DNA of 54,213 bases, the filler included, from Dimargaris cristalligena (taxonomy: Eukaryota), in NCBI GenBank assembly GCA_003614675.1. It is 2 parts of 2 records of this genome, joined end to end, with 100 filler letters (N's around TTAATTAATTAA, not from the genome) between each part and the next. Parts side by side here need not be neighbours in the genome. Positions count along the whole stretch, not along the records: positions 27,164 to 54,213 come from ML002525.1; 1 more part is not named here. One strand, written 5' to 3'. Under the pieces are notes generated by a model, which was not told the DNA's origin, ran no database searches, and worked only from the letters and a program-made list of their open reading frames with translations. Positions 48,084-54,213 of the stretch are shown in pieces (position 1 is the stretch's first letter; every line of letters starts with the position of its first letter). Position numbers and translations under genes: made by a program.

Positions 48084-50644
48084 GTAACGGTGTTCCCTGA
48101 TTCACTTCAAAGTTATAATAAACTAGAATTGATCTATAGGGTGGGCCAGAGTGGACTATGTAGGTCCACCGGTGCTTTTAAGAGTGGGGTGGCTGGATCA
48201 GAGGTATTATTTATCCCGCTAAAAGCAGGATTGGGTACACTACTGCACATCCCTGTTGGTCTAACTGGTAGGCCTCTGTTCACCGTTGTTATAATCGATT
48301 CATGACAGCTACGCCTTGGCCCAAAAGTACTATGCCAATTATTTCCTTAACAAGGGCTTGATTATCCCTATTCCGCTTCATGGGTCTCGGGGATGCCCTA
48401 CGGTATGATTTTACCTCGTCCCATTGTAACTACAGGCGATTCACAATGCGATGCCTTTGATTAGCAGATATATCGCCTACAGCCTCTATTTCTTGCGCGG
48501 TTGTACCGGCCTGTTCATACTGGGATCTGTACCAATCCCGACAAGGCATTGCATTTAAATATTTGAATTGATTGATATGTAGTGGTCGACACAGTACATC
48601 TATATTGGATCGACAACCGCTGCCATCAGGTAGAGAATCGTCATTATGTTGGCTTGTCTTTTTTTTTCATTTATTATTTTTTAAGTCAATGGCCGACTTC
48701 TCGTTCGATGGAGGGAGGCTGAAATATTCTCATTTCGAGTACCTGTCTTTTTTTCCACGCATCCCCCACTCTTGGTGACCCAAAGATTCAAGTGAATGGC
48801 CCAATTGGTGGTTTTTTATTATATATCATACAACAGGGGTTGCAGTACTATACAATCCCTCTTACGCATACCGTATCCGTTGAACTTATACCCCTGTTCG
48901 ATAGTTCTCCACATTGCATTGCATAATGGCGTACATATTCGTCAGCGCTCTGTAAAGCTTTGCCCGGCCAAATGGAGGAGTATGTCTATAGTCGATAAAT
49001 CTTTCATTCGAATGTTCGGTATGGCTACTTACTGTATATTTAGTGGGACTGGACTATAATCTACACATTTCGCATGTGGATATGGGTGTGTGTGTTTATG
49101 TGGATGTGTATCTTGGAGGTTTTTTTTTGCAACTAGAAAATTGGGTTGTTCCCAATATCATCAACGAAAACAATCTTTATAAAATAAAAGGTGAGAACTG
49201 TTCGCCGAGCGATGTTAATATACCCATATTAGGCCTAATCACCAGAATGTAGATTTCATGAATGGCAAGGAGGTGGGGAAAATGGTAAATATTGAAATGT
49301 GGGAAAATGGGTGCGTGACGTGTGGGCGTAAAGAGTAAATATTGCTGTGAGGTCCCGGCGGTCAGCTGCCCTATTTGGAGGCACGCCAACGTGTAAATAA
49401 AAATACACACGAATGTTCGGTGGTTCCACCCAACCCGCTCGGAAAATTACCTGCTAATTGTATTCCCAAATGGCGGGGGGATCCCCATTAGACATACATA
49501 CTCATATATATATATATATATATATCAAAACTAAAACTGTAGATATATTGGGGGGTACCGACAGATAAATTCGACCAAGAGCGGGCGGGCGGTCAATGCC
49601 GCCTTTTCCAGATATAAATTGACTGAGGAATTCAGCAAGAATGCATATTAGTCCTCACTAGGTCCACCGCCCGGAAGACCACACCCACATTCTTATTATT
49701 ATATATTACCCCAAACACTTACGAATTCTCACATTTGGTTTCACCTATGAACCAAATAGATTGAACTCCACCGGGTATCTATAAAACCCACTTTGGAATG
49801 CTCGGTAAAGGCAAGTTGGGGTTGATAAAGACGGCCTATTTAGTCCTGCTCTATCATGGTTTCCCCATCTGTATCCGTAACGCCGAATTCCAGTGACAAC
49901 GGAGACGAATCTGGGCTTATAAGCGGCTTCCCACGGGGAATAAATGGTATGGTTTTGTTTTGAAGGCTGCCGTGGCGGATTCTACCAACGGGCGCTATTG
50001 TTGCGAATTCAGCTGAGCTATTAGATTTTACTATAGCTTTTTATTTACGAGTGCCAAGGGTAGCTGCTAATAGATCAGCCGTTCCCCCCAATGACCTATG
50101 CCAAATTCTAATAGCGATTGCGTACTCAGTCAGTAAACCTAGTCGTCTCTCGCACCCCCTTTCCCTTTTCTGCCTCTGCCGAACCTTGTAGCTCCATAAT
50201 AGCTTGACCACTGTTTATGCCTTTATGTAGCACTAGCAGTCCGGAGGGCAAAAAATGAGTTTATACACTGAAAGTAATGTTTGATTATTGCCCACCATTT
50301 ATCGCGGACTTCCAAAAAGCTGATCTCAACCCCCTTTTCCTTCTCATTATCTGTGCTTTAACAAGGATGGGTGTACCCGTGGGACCCAAGTATTTCGGTA
50401 TCGCGGACCATTGGGTGGCAGTCCATCGAACTCTGCACCACCGTTTCCGGAATAGCTTTATTAGGCGTGAGTGAGTAAGGGTAAATACATAACTTTTTTA
50501 TTACTGAATGTGCGGAAGTCTGGTAAATACATACATGAAAGGCAGGTTATAATGGCAAGTGGCCAAATTCCCTCCCCATCCCCCATTATTGGCATGTCCT
50601 TTTATATGCTCAAAAAATGAGAATTGTCAACCACATTCTATCCT

Positions 50645-53532
50645 TTATTGGTCATCGCGAACCTTAGCTAGATGGCCGAGGCTGTCCATGTAGTATGTCG
50701 GCACCGATGAGGGGTTTTCGGTATGAAGCTGGTGCTCGTAGGTCACGCCTGTTGGTAAGATATACGGGGAAAACCGGAGAGTAGGTGTAATTATTGTGAT
50801 AACAAGTGGATGGTTAATATGCCAAAGTTTCCATATTATCGTAGATACAGAGTATCTCAATTCCCCCTACTCCGGAGATGATGCCTACTGTATATTAGTT
50901 ATTTTTTTTTAAAAAAATAAAACCAAAAATAGGAATATCCCAAGTATTCCGCAAATTACGTGGATGGGCCATCTTGTTTAGTTGACTTACCAGAAAGTAC
51001 CAAGAGGGTGGAAATCCCGCCGTTAATTCCAAATTGAATATCCGTGTCCAGCCTACGGTTCATGGAATGGGAATGGCCACGGCAGAACCCCGGGGAACAG
51101 AGGATAGTAATGCAAAAGGGGGAGGGGCTGATTAGATATCGGCATAAATCATACTAGGCAGGCTTACACCAGAACTCAAGTGAATCGACAATAAACCGGT
51201 ATTCCACCAATGTCGGATAATACCGGAAGCTGTTTTTTCCGTGACCAATTATGCCGGAGTATATATATTATTATTCCTTTTTAAAAAAATATAATAATAA
51301 TACTTCAATAATACACACAGGCAACCGCCAGTTCAAGTACTTCGAAATTTATGCAGGATGGCGGACTATATTCCCCCTGTAATCTAAAGATTCAGTGTTC
51401 GGTACATTGTCATCTTTCCCCCCTTAAGCATAATATAAGCCTGCTTACCTATCTCCCACCATACAGGTACGGTCTCGGTCGAGGTGGTATTTTTCCACGA
51501 TACAGTCCAGCATGGTCTGGTGGGGCTTCCCGATTACGGTGGGCTGGCGACCGGTGGAGGTCGATAGAACAGAAACCAGTGCGCCCGTGCCTACGAGTTT
51601 CATGTGTGCAGTGTGTATTGAACGCATGGGTGGACGACCCATTCCCCAAAAATAATTCAGCCGATGATAGTACCGCGGACCAGCGGATAATGTAGTTAAC
51701 AGTACCAAGTAAGGATCACCGGGTTCGCCATGGGCCATTTTCCAAAGAAAAAACAAAAAAGGAGGTGAGTATAAATGAATTGGGATTGGAAATATTATCC
51801 TGATTAGGCGGACAGTATACACGGCATTGGCCACATAAATGATGTATCGGTGGACAGTACCCACAAATAGAATCTGCGGTGTGACCATTCCAATCACAAT
51901 AGCCCTACTTGAACTGCCCCCATAGAGTAGTGGCCAGGGGGAACCCCATGTACCAGCGCCACTTGGTATAGCACTATACTGATTCCTCATGTAATCGGTA
52001 AATCACAAAGAATGGCAGAAGACATGGATTTAAAATAATAATAATAAAAACAGCCTGAACAAACCTGGGAATTGGAAACCGGCCGCGGGAAAAGTGAGAT
52101 CGGTATTGGTCGCAATAAAGCGACAGTCGGGCACTCGCGTCAACAGAGTGAAGGCTTTGGCGTATTTGCGATAGTTGATGTGGGTATCGAAACCAATGAC
52201 TACTGCACCAACCTGTGAATATGTATATATATATATACATATATATATATTACAATAAAGACGAAGGGAAGTCAGGGGAATATCAGGATCGATTGGGCAT
52301 GTAAGCCGATAGTTTCTAAACGGAATGCGCTAATATTGTTGGAAATGCGCATTAGCCGCTAAATATTGACTTACATCCTCATCCGGTTTAATCGTCGCAA
52401 AAGCATCGTCGGTCATGTCGGCCAAGTCCTCCTAATTCGATAAAACAAAAATACAAAGGTGAATAAAAAAACCAAAAAAGAGTCCAGTAAAATGAATTAG
52501 CTGCCTAATATTCCATAAGAGAGGCCTTGCCTTAATCAATGATAGGCATACGAGTTAATGGGAGGAAGGCAATAGTTGGAAATGTCTGTTGATAGCGACA
52601 CTTGATCATCTATTTACCTCGCTGTCCGCAATGGGAATGTTCTGTAACGCAAATTCTTGGCGGATCCCGTCCATACCGATTACATACGCCTTTTTACCCT
52701 CGGGAAGTTTGGACACACTGCTGAGGTAGACGGCGGTGGCAAAGGCCGAACCGAAGATTTCTTCCTAACAATGGGGGGGTTTTTTATAAGCAGTTGGTTG
52801 TACTCATTAGTCTATGTCGAGACGGATAGGTTTAGGGGGTGTAGGACGAAGCCAAGTTAAGGGGGTTTTCTATTCTGGAGTGTGTTGAATTATAGCTATT
52901 TACCTCTTTAGCGTGGATCCCAATCTTCTCGAACTTCGCGGTATAGGCCTCCCGAGACTTCGTGCTATTGTTGGTGACAAACAGGATACGCTTGCCTGGA
53001 AGAACGGCCGTCCCCGCCATATGAATGATTTTGGAATACGAATAGTAAGCATATTAGTGGTCCAAGATTCCAGGGTGTTTCAAAAGGCAGGGGTATCTTC
53101 TATCCCTACGCCTGTTTCGCTAGCTGGAATTGACAGCAATATTCGGCCCAACTTGCGTAATTGTATAAGCACTTACCTCGGCTGCGCAGCATGTCAAGAG
53201 TCTCGCTAATTCCCTCAATTACATGACTACCTTGCCAGACCACACCTAGCGAAGCCCGGGGTATTATATATAGGTACATATATGTTGAATTAGTATAGGT
53301 GGAATGAGCTTATTATAAGGTTGGGGCCGCTCCTATAAAGTCGCCCCGGGTTAAGGCCCCTTTAGCAATGTGGTGGGTTTCGCATAGAGTATAGCCAGGT
53401 TCCAGAGGTCGCATGCAACTTACCGTCGCAGTCCAAGAGAAAAGTGTCGAACTTGTCGATAAACTCGGCGTACTGCTGAGTGGTGGTCAGCTTGGTGGCC
53501 TGGCTGGCAATGGGGGCGATGGAGGCGGCCAT
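50645..53532 (-). CDS. PHO13: HAD-IIA phosphatase (Pho13 / phosphoglycolate phosphatase), 309 aa. Exons 53532-53424, 53245-53177, 52995-52904, 52764-52618, 52431-52375, 52212-52065, 51590-51449, 51052-50991, 50748-50645
   Basis: Motif I FLLDCDGVVW, motif II FVTNNSTKSR, FIATNTD, motif III GKP, motif IV MVGDRLDTDIQFG, and LLVLSGVT. Eight GT-AG introns; spliced length 930 nt. Confidence 0.93.
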
Positions 53533-54160
53533 GGTGGGAAGCGAATGAAGCAAAACTGAAGGCGGTGGTTGACGTAAGGGCTAGAGGGTGAAATCGAAGG
53601 GAAAGTACCACCGAGTCGGCTGGGCTATGAATATATATATATATATATGCGTGTAATGTTAAAGGCAAATCCTCTAGAGTTGAGGGAAACTGGAGACGGA
53701 GGGGAGAAGGTGAGGTGGAGTGGGAATTAGACAATTCCGCGACTCCGTTGTACAGGTTGCTCGGCCAAACTGGAGAAGTTCGGGCAAAAGCGGAGCAGGG
53801 GGGAGAGGGCCTACTGTGGGGTAGGAGGGGGAAAGGTACATACACTACAAATGACGTTAAAGGGTTAGGCTATTTTGATTGGGTTGCTCCCAGTTTGACT
53901 AATCGAGTGGCGAGTAAAGTCGGCTCTATAAACCAACAGATTCAGGTGGCTATAAGGTTGGTGGGTATTGGGTAGACTCCACCAGCAATATAATAACATC
54001 CAACAACTGGGTAGTGTTGTGGCCGGGCCTGCTTAATCTCTAATAGTATATCCCGGCCAAACTATTTTTAGTTTAGGAAGATGAAGAACATCACCAAATA
54101 CCAGTCTTCATCTTTTCCCACCCAGTTATAAGCCATTCAATGACTAGGCCGTTTTTCCAA

Positions 54161-54195
54161 TATTCAACATTCAATATTCAGTATTCAGTATTCAT
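54161..54195 (+). repeat. Five tandem 7-mers (YATTCAN) near the contig end
   Basis: TATTCAA CATTCAA TATTCAG TATTCAG TATTCAT. Confidence 0.7.
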
Positions 54196-54213
54196 AGTTC
54201 TTACTTATAACTC

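Noticed and set aside
54161..54195. Tandem 7-mers as a CRISPR-like or telomeric array
   Set aside because: No spacers, only five degenerate units, eukaryotic context; a simple minisatellite.

Overview
Eukaryotic (fungal) genomic DNA with GT-AG introns, GTAAGT donors and CTAAC/CTAAT branch sites. Gene content and style suggest an early-diverging fungus, plausibly Zoopagomycota such as Dimargaris; this is inference, not a database result. The window is almost certainly two separate ~27-kb contigs joined by an artificial 100-nt spacer (N44-TTAATTAATTAA-N44, 27064-27163). I rebuilt ten genes exon by exon. Left contig: a signal-peptide plus F-box-like protein, a 7TM-RGS (GprK-type) protein, class II eIF4E (4EHP), an Nhp10-like HMG-box protein, AP-3 beta, an EEF1AKMT4-like methyltransferase and a TBC1D5-like Rab GAP. 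Right contig: a Myb-repeat protein with a mitochondrial-type presequence, a Zn2Cys6 transcription factor followed by ~15 kb without recognisable genes, and a Pho13/PGP-type HAD phosphatase. Repeats are two LTR-like fragments, a ~1-kb hAT-like element with perfect inverted ends that supplies the TBC gene's stop codon and holds a nested MITE, and an inverted pair of 145-bp MITEs. The repeats show CpG decay. The best candidates for new biology are the secreted F-box-like protein (possible host-SCF-hijacking effector) and the apparently mitochondrion-targeted Myb-repeat protein. No tRNA, rRNA or CRISPR array could be supported.
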